From the human T2T-CHM13v2.0 reference genome, Homo sapiens, in NCBI RefSeq assembly GCF_009914755.1, contig NC_060930.1: a stretch of 64,000 bases of DNA; one strand, given 5' to 3'. A program made the translations under genes and the position numbers. Shown in pieces: positions 1 to 15,746 of this stretch. A model generated the notes under the pieces. It worked only from the letters and a program-made list of their open reading frames with translations, was not told where the DNA came from and made no database searches. Each line of letters begins with the position of its first letter. Positions within the stretch are counted from its first letter, which is position 1.

Positions 1-87
1 GTGATAAATGTGACATTTGAAATCAGCATAGAAAAGTTAGATAATTTAATGAATAGTATTTGGGATAACTAATTTGTTAAGGGAAAT

Positions 88-528
88 ATATGAGTTGAGT
101 TGTATCCTCAAAAAGATGTGTTGAAGTCCTAACCCCTGGTACCTATGAATGTGATCTTAACTGGAAAGTGTCTTTACAGATGTAATCAAGTTAAGAGGAG
201 GTCATACTGGATTAGAGTGGGACTAATCAATCCAATTGACTGGTGTCCTTATAAAGATCTGGACACAGACATACAGAGAAGAATGCCAGGTGACAAGAGG
301 CAGAAATTGGAATAATGCAGCCATAAGTCAGAGAATATCAAGGATTGACAACAATCACTAGAAACTAGGAAGGGGCCCTCCACCCCTAGAGCTTTCAGAT
401 AGAATCTGGCCCTATTGAAACCTTGATTTCAGACCTCTAGCCTCTGAACTGTGAGATAACAAATTTCTGTTGTTTTAAGCCACCCAAGTTTGTGGTAATT
501 TATTACGGCAGCCACAGGAAACTAAAAC
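88..528 (+). mobile_element. MLT1-family (MaLR) solo LTR
   Basis: Typical MLT1 motifs: gaagtcctaacccctggtacc...aaatttctgttgttttaagccacccaagtttgtggtaattt...ggaaactaa. Confidence 0.8.
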
Positions 529-1861
529 AAAAAAATAAAGCTGGATCTCTATCTCTGTCCTCAAAGGAAAAAAATCTAGATGGATAGAAGAATTAAATGT
601 AAAACAATCATCACCAAAGACCAGAAGAAAACATGAGTGAAAACTTCTATCTTTTGGGGAAAGGGGAAGGGCTTTTTAAAAATAGAAGGAAATAAATAAA
701 TTTGACTTTATAAACAACTTAAACATCTGTGTGGTAAGTCAAAAGGCAGGAAATTATAAAATAAATCTGTAACTCAGGGCAGATAAAGGGTAGTAAGAAA
801 GATATAAACAGCCCATAAAAAAATGGACAAAGAACAAGATGAGTTGGCATGAAACTATAAATAAGATATAAAAACATGCTCAAATTTACTAAAGAAATGC
901 AAATGCATTTAATGTGTAAAGTGTTTTACCGAGATTAAAGACTTATTTCAGTCAATTAGCTAGGGTGTAAAAACAGGTACTTCATTCACATTTGATGGGA
1001 GTACACATTGGTATAATCATTTTGGAGGGTAGTAAGTATTACCTCTTCCTTGGCTATTTCAATTATTTTCATATTTTTGCTTTTCCCATTCTAATGTGTG
1101 CATTGTTCATGTAGTTTTTTTTTTTTTTTTGTAATTTTCCCACAAGAGAGATCAAAGTCTGTTGAAGGATATTACTTTTGTGGAATGTGATATGTATGGG
1201 GTATCAGTTTGAAAAGCAATTTACAAGACATTACCCTAAAATCAGTGACTATACCAGTTCCACTGCAAACCACACCACTACTTTTTTCACTGATAGTATC
1301 TCATTTGTAATTTGCATTTTTAAGTGAAGAGAAATATCTTTCCAGAAACCAAAGAAATGTGATTTGCTACTCATGTAAATTGTATTTCATTTTTTTTGGT
1401 CCATTAATTCACAGATTCATATTAATTTCTGAATATTTCTATCCTCTTAGTAATTCCAAGAAATCCTTGGGTAACATATATATTAACTCTTGGTTTGCCT
1501 CTCACTGGGGATTCTTTCCACACCATGTAATTCTCAAGGTTCCATCCATTTCCATGGCTCTGCCCACCACCTTTATGCTAGATTCCTCAATCCACATGCT
1601 CTACAGCTAAATCTTTTCTTCTCAAACCACTTAGAACAGTGTTCTGCACACTGGGTGTTAAGCACTGAAATATAGACCTATAAGGACCATTTAAAAATAT
1701 TATTTTTAGGGTTGTTTTAAATATTAAATATGAACAATTAGCAAATAATCCTATAGCATTAATGCATGGAAACAAGCAGTGGATATAAAAATATTCTGCT
1801 TAACTATGAAAGACTGCCTAAGTGCTTGAATAAATGAATACAAAAACGAGTTTTAAAATTC

Positions 1862-1867
1862 TTTATT
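1862..1867 (-). terminator. IFNGR1: IFNGR1 polyadenylation signal AATAAA
   Basis: tttatt on the plus strand ~530 nt past the stop codon; UGUA elements upstream and a U/GU-rich tract downstream on the minus strand. Confidence 0.85.
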
Positions 1868-2393
1868 TAAAAATCTCTAACTGTAATGTTTCATAAAAAA
1901 TATACACGTTTCTATTTACATATTCCATTAATTCTATTAGTTTGAATTAGATTTTAAGTCCAATTTTGAAAAGCTTGCAGAATTTCTTCTGAAATTACTT
2001 AAAATTACTGTATGCATAAACTTACAAAAACATATGCTATACCAAGGCAGAGAAAAGAAAAAAAGTGAAGTGGCTACAAAGGTCCCTGGGGCATCACCTG
2101 CTCACCTAGGAACCAGGAGTACTGGATACTGTTCCGTTACTGGTAACCTATCTGGATGTAAAGGTTCATAAGTTACAATGCTTTTTTTGTTTAAAAAAAA
2201 AAAAAAGTCTGTACTTTACAAGCCAAAAGTGAAAATGCCACACATCCTCTTTACGCTTTCATGTACACTAAGTCACTCCATTTGGTTGATACCAACTAAG
2301 ATACAATTTCTGAGATCATAATCTTTTCATGAAATTAAAGCAGAAAACTGTCCAGGAAAATCAGACTTCAAAGTTGGTGCAACTTAGCTGATC

Positions 2394-3002
<609 letters not shown>

Positions 3003-3239
3003 CTATGGGGAGAAAAATTGATTAAAGATAAAAAATTGTTAAGCTTAAGTGCCTACCCTCAAAAAAAACAAAGGTCTGAAGTAATGGACCACCAAATGGC
3101 ACATTTAGGATAATGGGTGAATCAGATGTTGCCATTTCTTTTTAATGAAAGGTCCCATAGTAATATTAAAAACAAAGTTTTAGAATTTTTAAAAAGCCAT
3201 CAGATATCTTACTAATATATGTTGCTTTTTGTACGTTAC

Positions 3240-4175
3240 TGTGATGGTTAATACTGAGTGTCAACTTGATTGGACTGAAGGATACAAAGTATTGATCCTG
3301 GGTGTGTCTGTGAGGGTGCTGCCAAAGGAGATTAACATTTGAGTCAGTGGGCTGGGAAAGGAAGACCCGCCCTTAACCCGAATGGGCACAATCTAATCAG
3401 CTGCCAGCATGGCTAGAATGTAAGCAGGCAGAAAAATGTGAAAAGAGAGACTGGCCTAGCCTCCCAGCCTACATCTTTCTCCCATGCTGAATGCTTCCTG
3501 CCCTTGAACATCGGACTCTGAATTCTTCAAGTTTGGAGCTTGGACTGGCTCTCCTTGCTCCTCAGCCTGCAGATGGCCTATTGTGGGACCTCTGATCGTG
3601 TGAGTTAATACTAAATAATACTAAATAAACTCCCCTTTATATATATATATATGAAAAATATAATTAATATATATTATATAATATATAATTTATAATATAT
3701 AATATATAATTTATAATTTATAATATATTATATAAAATATAATTTATATTACATAAAATATATAATTTATAATATATTATATAAACATATAATTTATAAT
3801 ATAATATATAAAATATATAACTTATATTATATAAAATATATAATTTATAATATATTATATAAAATATATAATTTATAATATATTATATATAATATATAAT
3901 AAATTATATATTATATATAATATATAATATATTATATATTATATATAATATATAATTTATAATATATTATATATAATATATAATAAATTATATATTATAT
4001 ATAATATATAATATATTATATATTATATATAATATATATTATATAACATATAAAATATATATAATATATAATATATAAAATATAGATTTATATAAAGGGG
4101 AGTTTATTTGGTATTATATATATATCTTTATATATATATTCCATTAGTTCTGTCCCTCTAGAGAATCCTAATACA
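3240..4175 (+). mobile_element. MLT2A (HERV-L) solo LTR in intron 6, antisense to IFNGR1, with internal AT expansion
   Basis: Begins tgtgatggttaatactgagtgtcaacttgattgg and ends ccattagttctgtccctctagagaatcctaataca. Confidence 0.88.
3639..4140. repeat. AT-rich minisatellite/low-complexity expansion
   Basis: ~500 bp almost entirely A/T with recurring tataatttataatatattatataaaata-like units. Confidence 0.95.
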
Positions 4176-5340
4176 ATTATCTTCCACATGTACGCACATT
4201 ATGTTTACAAAGTGGGCACATCTACTTAAGTAATATTCTCATTACTTGCCTTCATCATTATAATTTTTAGTAGCTCATATTATTTCTTTATACTGATAAA
4301 TAATTTAATAGATGGGGAAATGTTTCCAATTTTTACTAGCTATGGAACATGTTAAATATCCTGTACATCTTTTTATTTATGAAATTATTTCCTTATAATA
4401 CATTTTTTAAGAGTGGAGTGACCATATCAAAGAAATGGTATGTTTACGTCACTATTACACTGAATACCCACTGTGTGCTTTTATTCTTACCAGGGCTAGA
4501 TTACTTTTCACCAGCATTTACCCGTTATGCTACTGCTGGTACTACTGGATATCCAGGTTTCTTTTTTCTTCTCTAGCGCGTGTAAAATGGCATACTGCAA
4601 GGTTACTTTGTGCTTAATTACTAGTAAGAATAAAATATTATAATTCATTTGTGAGTTGACTACTAACTGTTGAGAGTTCTTATCCACTTTAAAGGTAGTT
4701 TATAGCAAATTTTAATGTGCCCTTTGAGCATCACAGATATTATTCCTGTCATATTTGACTCAAATAGATACTATTCTGTTACCTTTAAATGTTCTTTACA
4801 TCAAAGGCTTTGAAATGTTGGACATTAAAATCGTCAAACTCCTACGTTAGTCTCATTTTTGGCCAACTTTCCTTTCATACTCCAACCATAATGAAGTGTT
4901 TCTGTATTTGCAGAGCTTTCAAAGTCATGCTTTCTTGGCTCTGGACCTCAGCACATTCTGTCCCCTAGTGCCTAAACTCCTGTATGTCCCTCAAGACTGC
5001 TCAGGCATTGCCTCTGGAAAAGCCATGACTAACCCCACCCCAAAGCTGGACAAAGTCCTCATGGGCTCAGGTATAAATCTTTGAATCTATCACACGTTAT
5101 ATAGCCAATGTATATTTATCTTTTCTTCCCCCTAGACTTTAAGATCTTTAACAGAATTGTCTCACCGTGTTTTTCCCTGAGAATAAAAAAAAAAACAAAA
5201 TACTTGCTGCACAGCAAAAGACACAGTATGTGATTTTGCATGTGTGGTAGACTGACTGATTGATGGCAGGTGACATCTTGTTGAATATCATTCTACTTTA
5301 AAAACATAATTTAAGAAACTATCAAAAAAGGTTCAAGTTA

Positions 5341-5505
<165 letters not shown>

Positions 5506-5889
5506 TTAAAAAAGGCAGAAATCACAAGTTACAATTAAGATGGAATACTGCTATTATCTATCAAAAAGTCTTAGTGCCATTCTTGAATAGATTTACAAAT
5601 TAGTGAATAGGGCCAGAGTTTTAAAGAACACTGAAGGAAGCAGAAGTTAGGAAATCTGAGTAAAAAATTAGGTATCTGTCTTAGATAGCAATATGGTTCT
5701 TCCCAGCTCTGCAATTCTAGAACTTTCTGGGACTATTCTACTATGACACAACATAGTTAAAATAGCTTTTCTACAATAATTTCCTTACAGCCCTACATAC
5801 AGTGTGTTTCCAGGGTTATGCATTTCTTTCGGTTAAAAATGCAAAAGAATAATTTTAAAAATACCTCTCCTTAGAAACAAATTCTGGCA

Positions 5890-6248
<359 letters not shown>

Positions 6249-7095
6249 TCAGAATTTCCTGTTACATTTATTTCACGACTGCAAATACTTATAAAGCTTC
6301 ACAGATGTACATGCACACAGCAATGCTGCACAGGAATAAAGTCCCCTTAGTTATAAACCAGACATAAATAATATAAAATAGGAAAGATTTGTTTCCAAGC
6401 ACATACATCTAGAATCACCATTGTGTACTTTGCTGTAATGCTGCCTTTTATTTTTGCAGCACAATCTTCAGTATTTTTTTTTTTTCATAGTTCTCTCTTC
6501 CAAATTAACAGCACTCTAACATACTGTGACAATGTCCGGCATCCTTTAGGGCATTTTGTTACCCAGAATTTTCTAACTATGGAAGTTACTAATGAATGCT
6601 TCTATTACGCTTATTACAGGGTGTGAAAAAAGTTAAATCATTACAAAAGTAAAAAGGAAAATAACTACAAAACCAACATTAGTGCTGTTAGAAGTCCCAC
6701 GGGCTGAGCAAGTGCTGGCTGCAAGGCATTGAGGCAAGCAGGCAGGGCTGCTGCTCAGGAGCCACGGCAATGCCACCGTGTGGCCATACTATCAGTGCAG
6801 TGTATAATTCAGGCTAAAAACAAATCTGCGGCATTTGCATTATTTCAAATTTTGAGCATTAAGAAGGGTTTTATTTTTCAAATAGCATAACGAAAATTAG
6901 CATAAAATGCATTGCACTGCTTTAAATCACCTATTTGAAACCTTCATATAATGGCTTGAAGTTATTAGTATTGAATTTTAGGTGTTTGTTCTGGCTCTTC
7001 AGCCTATATTTCCATTCCTCGAAAATATACTTGCATCATAAAATTTTAAACCTATGAAATCTATTCTAAAAAAATCCTAAGGAAAAAAATATATG

Positions 7096-7098
<3 letters not shown>

Positions 7099-7139
<41 letters not shown>
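7099..7139. repeat. (AC)20 microsatellite, intron 5
   Basis: Perfect dinucleotide run. Confidence 0.97.
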
Positions 7140-7141
<2 letters not shown>

Positions 7142-7969
7142 GATAATCATCAAAGCATGAGTTACAATATATGCTTAAAGCAATACACAAAATCATATAT
7201 ACTATACAATATGATCATGTCTATGTAGAAAAACTAAAGAAAATATCAAACTGTGAATAATGGGGTATTTTTGCATGGTAGAACTACAGATTATTTTGTT
7301 TTCTTCTGGTTTTTCATATTTTATAAATTATCTATAATGAACACTTACATTTCCTAACTGCAAAGAAAAGTCCAAACTTCTTTAAGGTTCCTGACACCTG
7401 AGAGTAACAGTTCTAAAGTTCAAGTTCTAGCATATATATCTCTACCTCCCCACCCCCCACATTAAAAGATGAAATAAAATTAATTATTGTAAAATGTTAT
7501 AAAAATGACCCATTATCTATTATTCAAACCCATCTATAAACTTTTTTGGATATTAATCTCGAGTCTTTGTCCAGTCCACGTCATACAGTTGTAACCAGTG
7601 ATCGTTCCTGCTCTTCAGTCTTTAAATTACAATCCCCATAAAGAACATTTTAGTGGATTCACAACATCTTGCTATGGTGAAGTAACAAACTGACTTATAA
7701 TTCATAATCCTGAAATGCAAACATTTGTGTAGTTTTATGTACTTATTATATATTTTTTCTTTCCTGGGTCAAGGGGCCATCACATGGCTTTCCAAATTAG
7801 TTGTTCTATATCTTTAAATGTGTGAGAAACTGCTTTATTTTTAATTTTGAACTTCTCTAAGGAATGGAACTAATGCAAATGAATATTGTTAAAACAGATC
7901 TTTTGAAACTGCAAATGAGTTTGCTTTCCTCACATGATCCTATTTTAGTTACTGCTCCCTCTATATTTA

Positions 7970-8179
<210 letters not shown>

Positions 8180-8803
8180 CTAGATGAAAAAAGAAAACAG
8201 TGAAAATGCACAGCTTCTTTTAATCTGAAAAAAAAAAAAATCACCATATTAGTCCTGGTCAAACAACTGAAGAAATATATATGATTGACTTGAACATGTC
8301 TAAAAATAGCTTTACTATCAATAAGTCAATTTGTTACTTCAACACAGCACGATACTATGCATCTGTTATATTCCTTATAAAAATGGTAAATTTAAAAACT
8401 CAAATTGCAGGAATGTTTATTGTTAGTTGTTAAACTAACAAATGTTCATTTGTCCTATTCATTTGTCCAGAAATTTAGCTGGTGGGAAACAGAAGTATTA
8501 ATATTACTTTACGTCACCGCCAATGAGGAAGAAAATCCTCATTTTACCAGTGGAGCAATGGAGGTGTACTGGGAAAAATCCTAGATTAGAGCCATTCTGC
8601 TAAATGAAGCAAATAAAAACTAAATGTATTCACATGGTCAGTGTTAGTGACTAACTCTGTATCATTTTTGCTTTAATAGCATTCACATATTTTTCTTATC
8701 AAATCTATGATCTGTGAGTCTTGCTTGAATATTTATAAGCATCCTATTTTCATTACACTACAGAAAGGAACAACTTTTGCTAGCTACACAAGAATTTCCA
8801 TTA

Positions 8804-9064
<261 letters not shown>

Positions 9065-10265
9065 TTACCAGAATCTATCAATCAACCTATTGTTTTTGTT
9101 CTGGTTGTTCTAAAGCAGGACCACATTTAAACCACTCCACAAATATCTAGAAGATAGTCTCGGGGTCCTTAATAAACAAATGTTTCATAAATCTCAGGCA
9201 AGAAGTACTCTTATTTAATCTGAATGCCTATTTAGCAGTTTAATTTCATTTCTAGTTGTAAATAAAAATAGTTATAAACTTTGGTTAAAAAAAGACTTCA
9301 CATAATATAGACTCTATTAAGTAATTTTTCCTTTATCTTTGCTTCTGTGGATTAAGAAGCCTGGATTCTAAAAAACGTTTCAGAAATGGCATTAGTTTTC
9401 TTCCCTCATCAAAACTCTTTTTACTGTGAAAAATCAGAACTTATTCCATAAATATTTATTAGGTCTTTGATGTTTGAGACTTTGTTGTGAACCATTTATC
9501 TAGTCTTCACATATTACTGTGTACCACTGTGTGCCAGGCAGGTCTGTTTTTAACCCATCAGTGTATCCTCAGGGCCCAGTATACTTTCCGGCACGTAGTA
9601 GGCCCTTGATAAATCTATATGGAAAAAAATCTAACATGCAGATGGTGTGGTAATCATATGACAAAATTGTGGACTCTGGGGAAGAAAAGTATTTAAAGGG
9701 TAAGGAGAGGAAGAGCCTGTAGAAGAGACCGAGGTGGCACAATCTAAAAGGCAGGAGCAGAGAAAGGAAGTGAGGCTAGAGGGAAAGGGACCCAAGGGCT
9801 AGAAGACTAGGGAGGAGTCAAGTGACTAAAGGTGTCTTTTACCCAGGAGTCAGGGTCTGAGAGCTAAGGCAGGATGTCATAGTTGGAATACAGGAACTGG
9901 AATTAAAGATTCAAGAGTTTGAGGTGACAGCAAACATCAGGTACACTATGGGAGTGGGATGCTGGAAGACTGAAGACCTGAAAATCACAGTGGCTGAAGA
10001 GAATAAGGAACTCTGCAATTTTTTAATGTATTAAGGTGGTATTCAGGTTCCCCAGGCATTCAGAATAAGAGTTAGCTGCCAAAGTCCTTAGTGAATATAA
10101 CTTACAAATGAATGACAAAAGATGGGAAGGGCAAGGGTGGTGCAGGGGACCGCTGGGCAGCACAGACCCATAATTGTATGAAGTGGAAATGTCATGGCAT
10201 AGAAGCAGCTAAGTGATGGCCACCTGTTAGCCCTATTTTGTGGGGCTTGAAAGAAGGGGAGGATA

Positions 10266-10492
10266 CAGGTTGAGTATCCCATATCCAAAACGCTTGAGAT
10301 CAGTAGTATTTTCGGTTTCTGAGTTTTTTTTTCTGGATTCTGGAATATTTACATTATATTTACCAGTTGAACATTCTAAATCTGAACATCCAAAATGCTC
10401 CAATGAGTATTTCCTTTGAGTGCCATGCTGGCGCTCAAAAAGTTTCAGATTTTGGAGCATTCTGGGTTTCTAGACTTGGGATGCTCAACCTG
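10266..10492. mobile_element. Tigger4/MER46-type MITE, intron 3
   Basis: TIRs caggttgagtatccc / gggatgctcaacctg with TA on both sides. Confidence 0.88.
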
Positions 10493-10623
10493 TACTGACT
10501 CTAAATTCCTCCAAGTGTTTCTTAAGCATTGTGATAATTTTCAGCAACTGCTAATAAAAGCAAACATACAGAAGACATGTATAAATATTTTCCAATTTAA
10601 AATTTACATGTGTACACATTCTA

Positions 10624-10833
<210 letters not shown>

Positions 10834-11454
10834 TTATTGTTATTAAATAAACTCAAACCATTTCTGTCTGTGCTTTGCTTTTTATTCACAGCACAAAGCG
10901 GTAGAAAGAGCAGAGCTAAGAATAGGATGGAGACGCCAGAGAAAGTAGGAAACCCTTACTCTTTAGTTAGAAGAACTACAAACTCTGTTACAGTAAAGAG
11001 GCTCAATTCAAAATGTAAGACCTATGCAAGCCACATTCCACATTCAATTTTTTAAAAATCTGTTTTTTTAAACAACTCTAAATTCCATTTATATATGTTA
11101 ATTATAGAAGTAAGCACATTAAAAAAACTAACAGTTGTCAAAAAAGTTTTTTGAAATTTATATTGTTCTACTAAAAATACACTACAGGAAGATGACATAG
11201 TAACTATTAGCTTTATTTGTCATGCTAATCTCAGAAGTTTAGTGATACTTCTCTATTTCAATACTGATAAGGAAGAGGAAATAAGAGGCAAGAAATATTT
11301 GGCAAAGAATTTGCATCTTTAGTACTTTTGGACCTCTATAAGCAGTTTAGAATGTTTTGCCACGTGGGAAGGCTGATGAAAGAACACAGTTGTGGAATTT
11401 CCAAGGACCTAAACAAAAATGGAATAAAAAGGATAAATAAAAGAGTGACACTCA

Positions 11455-11703
<249 letters not shown>

Positions 11704-11947
11704 TTATTTAAATGAAGAGTAGACATCTAGAAATTAATTTTATTGAAAAATCTATAGAAGAGTTCTGATTCGTTTTAAATTATGGAAACATCATTGCAAT
11801 ATAAAGGAAACACAAATACAGCATGAAGCAATAAATTCCCTTAATATGATAGAAGTTTTATAATCAAATGCACTGATTATTGAATTAATAATCCTCATTT
11901 CATCACTAGAATTTTCAATATTTGATACTACAGATTGTATTCAATGT

Positions 11948-14214
11948 TGATAGGGTTTGGCTGTGTCCCCACCCAAATCTCAACTTGAACTGTATCTCCC
12001 AGAATTCCCATGTGTTGTGGCTTGGACCCAGGGAGAGGTAATTGAATCATGGGGGCCAGTCTTTCCTGTGCTATTTTCGTGATAGTGAATAAGTCTCATG
12101 AGATATGATGGGTTTATTGGGGCTTCTGCTTTTTGCTTCGTCCTCATTTTCTCTTGCTGCCACCATGTAAGAAGTGCCTTTCTCCCCCGCCATGATTCTG
12201 AGGCCTCTCCAACCATGTGGAACTGTAAGTTCAATTAAACATCTTTTTCTTCCCAGTCTTGGGCATGTCTTTATCAGCAGCATGAAAAAGGACTAATACA
12301 GTAAATTGGTACCAGCAGAGTGGGGCATTGCTGAAAAGATACAAGAAAATGTGGAAGCAACTTTGGAACAGGGTAACAGGCAGAGACTGGAACAGTTTGG
12401 AGGGCTCAGAAGAAATAGGAAAATGTTTGGAACTTTACTTAAGAGACTTGTTGAATGGCTTTGCCCAAAATGCTGATAGCAATATGGACAATAAAATCCA
12501 GGCTGAGGTGGTCTCAGTGGAGGTGAGGAACTTGCTGGGAACTGGAGCAAAGGTGACTCTTGCTATGTTTTAGCAAAGAGACTGGCGGCATTTTGCCCCT
12601 GCCCCAGAGATTTGTGGAACTCTGAACTTGAGAGAGATGATTTAGGGTATCTGGTGGAAGAAATTACTAAGTGGCATAGCATTCAAGAAGTGACTTGCGT
12701 GCTGTTAAAGGCATTCAGTTTTATAAGGGAAGCAGAGCATAAAAGTTTGGAAAATTTGCAGCCTGACTATGAGACAGAAAAGAAAAACCCATTTTCTGGG
12801 GAGAAATTCAAGCTGGCTGCAGAAATGTGCATAAGTAGCAAGAAGCCTAATGTTAATCCCCAAGGCCATCGAGAAAATGTCTCCAGGCCATGTCAGAGAC
12901 ATTCACGCCAGCGCTTCCCATCACAGGCCCGGAGGCCTAGGAGGAAAAAGTGGTTTTGTGGCCAGGCCCAGGGTCCCCGTGCTGTGTGCAGCCTAGGGAC
13001 TTGGTGCCTTGCGTCCCAGCTGCTCCAGCTGTGACTGAAAGAGGCCAACATATAGCTCAGGCTGTGGCTTCGGAGGGTGGAAGTCACAAGCCTTGGCAGC
13101 TTCCACATGGTGTTGAGCCTATGGGTGTGCAGAAGTCAAGAATTGAGATTTGGGAACCTCTGCTTAGATTTCAGAAGATGTATGGAAATGCCTGGATGCC
13201 CAGGCAAAAGTTTGCTGCAGGGGCAGGGCCCTCATGGAGAACCTCTGCTAGGCCAGTGTGGAAGGAAAATGTGAGGTCGGAGCCCTCACACAAGTCCCTA
13301 CTGGGGCACTGCCTGGTAGAGCTGTGAGAAGAGGGCCACCATCCTCCAGACTCCAGAATGGTAGATCTGCTGACAACTTCTGGAAAAGCTGCAGACATTT
13401 GATGGCAGCCTGTGAAAGCAGCTGAGAGGGAGCCTGTACCCTGCAAAGCCACAGGGGCAGAGCTGCTCAAGACCATGGGAAGCCACCTCTTACATCCGCA
13501 TGACCTGGATGTGAGACCTGGAGTCAAAGGAGATCATTTCGGAGCTTTAAGATTTGACTGCCCCACTGGATTATGGACTTGCATGGGCTCTATAACTCCT
13601 TTGTTTTGGCCAATTTCTCCCATTTGGAATGGCTGTATTTACCCAATACCTGTACCCACACTGTATCTAGGAAGTAACTAGCTTGCTTTTGATTTTACAG
13701 GCTCACAGGCAGAAAGGACTTGCCTTGTCTCAGATGGGACTTTGGAATGTGGACTTTTGGGTTAATGCTGAAATGAGTTAAGACTTTGGGAGACTGTTTG
13801 GAAGGCATGATTGGTTTTGAAATGTAAGGACATGAGATTTGGAGGGGCCAGGGGTAGCATAATATGGTTTGGTTGTGTGTCCCCACCGAAATCTCAACTT
13901 GAATTGTATCTCTTGGAATTCCCACGTGTTATGAGAGGGACCTGGGGGAAGTAATTGAATCACGGGGGCTGGTCTTTCCCATGCTAGTCTCGTGATAGTG
14001 AGTAAGTCTCACGAGATCTGATGGGTTTATCAGGGGTTTCTGCTTTTGCTTCTTCCTCATTTTTCTCTTGCCGCCACCATGTAAGAAGTGCCTTTCGCCC
14101 TTGCTGTGATTCTGAGGCCTCCCCAGCCATGTGGAACTGTAAGTCCAATCAAACATCTTTTTCTTCCCAGCCTTGGGTATGTCTTTATCAGCAGCACGAA
14201 AACAGACTAATACA
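11948..14214 (+). mobile_element. Full-length THE1 (THE1A-like) MaLR element: LTR 11948-12300, internal 12301-13859, LTR 13860-14214
   Basis: Two ~355-bp direct LTRs, a THE1-int body with broken ORFs, and a perfect 5-bp TSD AATGT (11943-11947 / 14215-14219). Confidence 0.95.
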
Positions 14215-14561
14215 AATGTCTACAGAGGAACTGGCTACAATGAGGATGGCCAATTTCACTCTAAAATACCATCAACCTCTCAACTCTACACATACTACTA
14301 TTTATGCCTTCCACACTTTTTCTATAGTACAGGAATAGATACCTAAAGATTGAACAATGGAGCCACACATTCCAGTTTCATCAACACTCTGCTCTCTGGG
14401 GTGTGCAGGGCTTTTTACAAAACATACCCAACATTTCTTCTTGCCTTCACTCTTTCAGAAAACATCTGTTGATAAGACTTGAGTCACGTAAGAGAACAGA
14501 CAGAAGTCATTTTAACATCTAATCAGACACTACCAAAATCTAGTTATTAAAAGTAGTCATG

Positions 14562-14809
14562 GGCCAGGTGCGGTGGCCCACACCTGTAATCCCAGCATTT
14601 TGGGAGGCTGAGGTGGGAGGATCTGTTGAGCTCAGGAGTTGGAGACCCTGTCTCCGCAAATAATTAAAAAATTAGCCAGGTGAAGAGGCCTGTGCCTGTA
14701 GTTTCAGCTACTCGGGAGGCTGAGGAAGATTGCTTGAGCCCAGGAGGTCAAGGCTGCAGTGAGCTGTGACTGTGCCACTGCATTCAGTTCTCTTAGAAAA
14801 AAAAAAAAA
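14562..14809 (+). mobile_element. AluJ-like, internally deleted
   Basis: ggccaggtgcggtggc...gcccaggaggtcaaggctgcagtgagc, with A-tail. Confidence 0.88.
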
Positions 14810-15513
14810 GGAGTCATTTTTCCCCACTGTTTGGTGTAAAAGGTTGTTATCCAACACCCCTTGGAAAACTGAACACACACACTTCTCCTTTCTCCCTTCA
14901 CTTCTTTACAGATAAACATGAATGTACACAGTTAGCGATGTGACCCCAAATTTATGGTTATTCAATCTCACCTCCCTGGAACACTCTATTAAACATGATT
15001 TACTTATATAACTAAAACAAATAAATGAATGTCCATGTGGATAGGAACAGTGGCTTCCAAACATAACTTATAATCATCCTCAAAAATTGTGAGAGGGACA
15101 GAAGTTTCTATTTTTCCAAAGTGCCTTGGATGATAATGATGATGATTTATATTTATATCAAGCAGACTGCTTAAATAAGAAAAATACTCCCTAGGTCAAA
15201 CATTAATAAATTTGGGTTCTTTCTTGGCCACACTGCTAAATACTTCAGATTTCCTGATCTGTCATGAGGTGTTACTTTCATATCCCTAAGATATTTGCTT
15301 ACTGCTGAAGGGAAAATCTATATTTTCCCCAAACAAAAATTCCAATATTCAAGACCAAACTGGTATATTGCCTTAATTTACAATTATTTAACACATATAT
15401 TTTCAAAGCAGAACATGGATTAAGAGTTTTTTAGGTAAATAATAGGCACTAATGGACAATTAAATGCTATCACCATTATTATTTTCCTTTTCTGATTATT
15501 TTTTCCTTTATTG

Positions 15514-15746
15514 CAGTGGTTCTCTGTGGGAAGTGATTTTGTTGCCAGGAGACATTAGGCAATCAATGTCTGTAGACATTTTTGGCTCTCACAACCTGGA
15601 GAAGAAGTGTGTGGGGGAGGTACTGCTGGCATCTAGAGGGCAGAGACCAAGGGTGCTGCTAAATATCCTACAATGCATCAGACAGCCTCCACAACAAAAA
15701 ATAATATAGCCCCAAATGCCAGCAGTGCCAAGGTTGAGAAACCCTG
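15514..15746. mobile_element. MER20 (hAT-Charlie) DNA transposon
   Basis: cagtggttctc...tgctgctaaatatcctacaatgca...gttgagaaaccctg termini. Confidence 0.8.

Noticed and set aside
2175-2185. Possible miR-155 site in the 3'UTR
   Set aside because: The sense strand reads AGCAUUG, which fails the GCAUUA seed match.
3639-4140. Regularly spaced repeats as CRISPR-like array
   Set aside because: Eukaryotic AT minisatellite with no unique spacers or cas genes; the same applies to the 23-bp repeat at 32166.
12293-14338. Cluster of overlapping 60-140 aa ORFs
   Set aside because: All lie within the THE1 LTRs or internal region; fragmented non-autonomous MaLR sequence.
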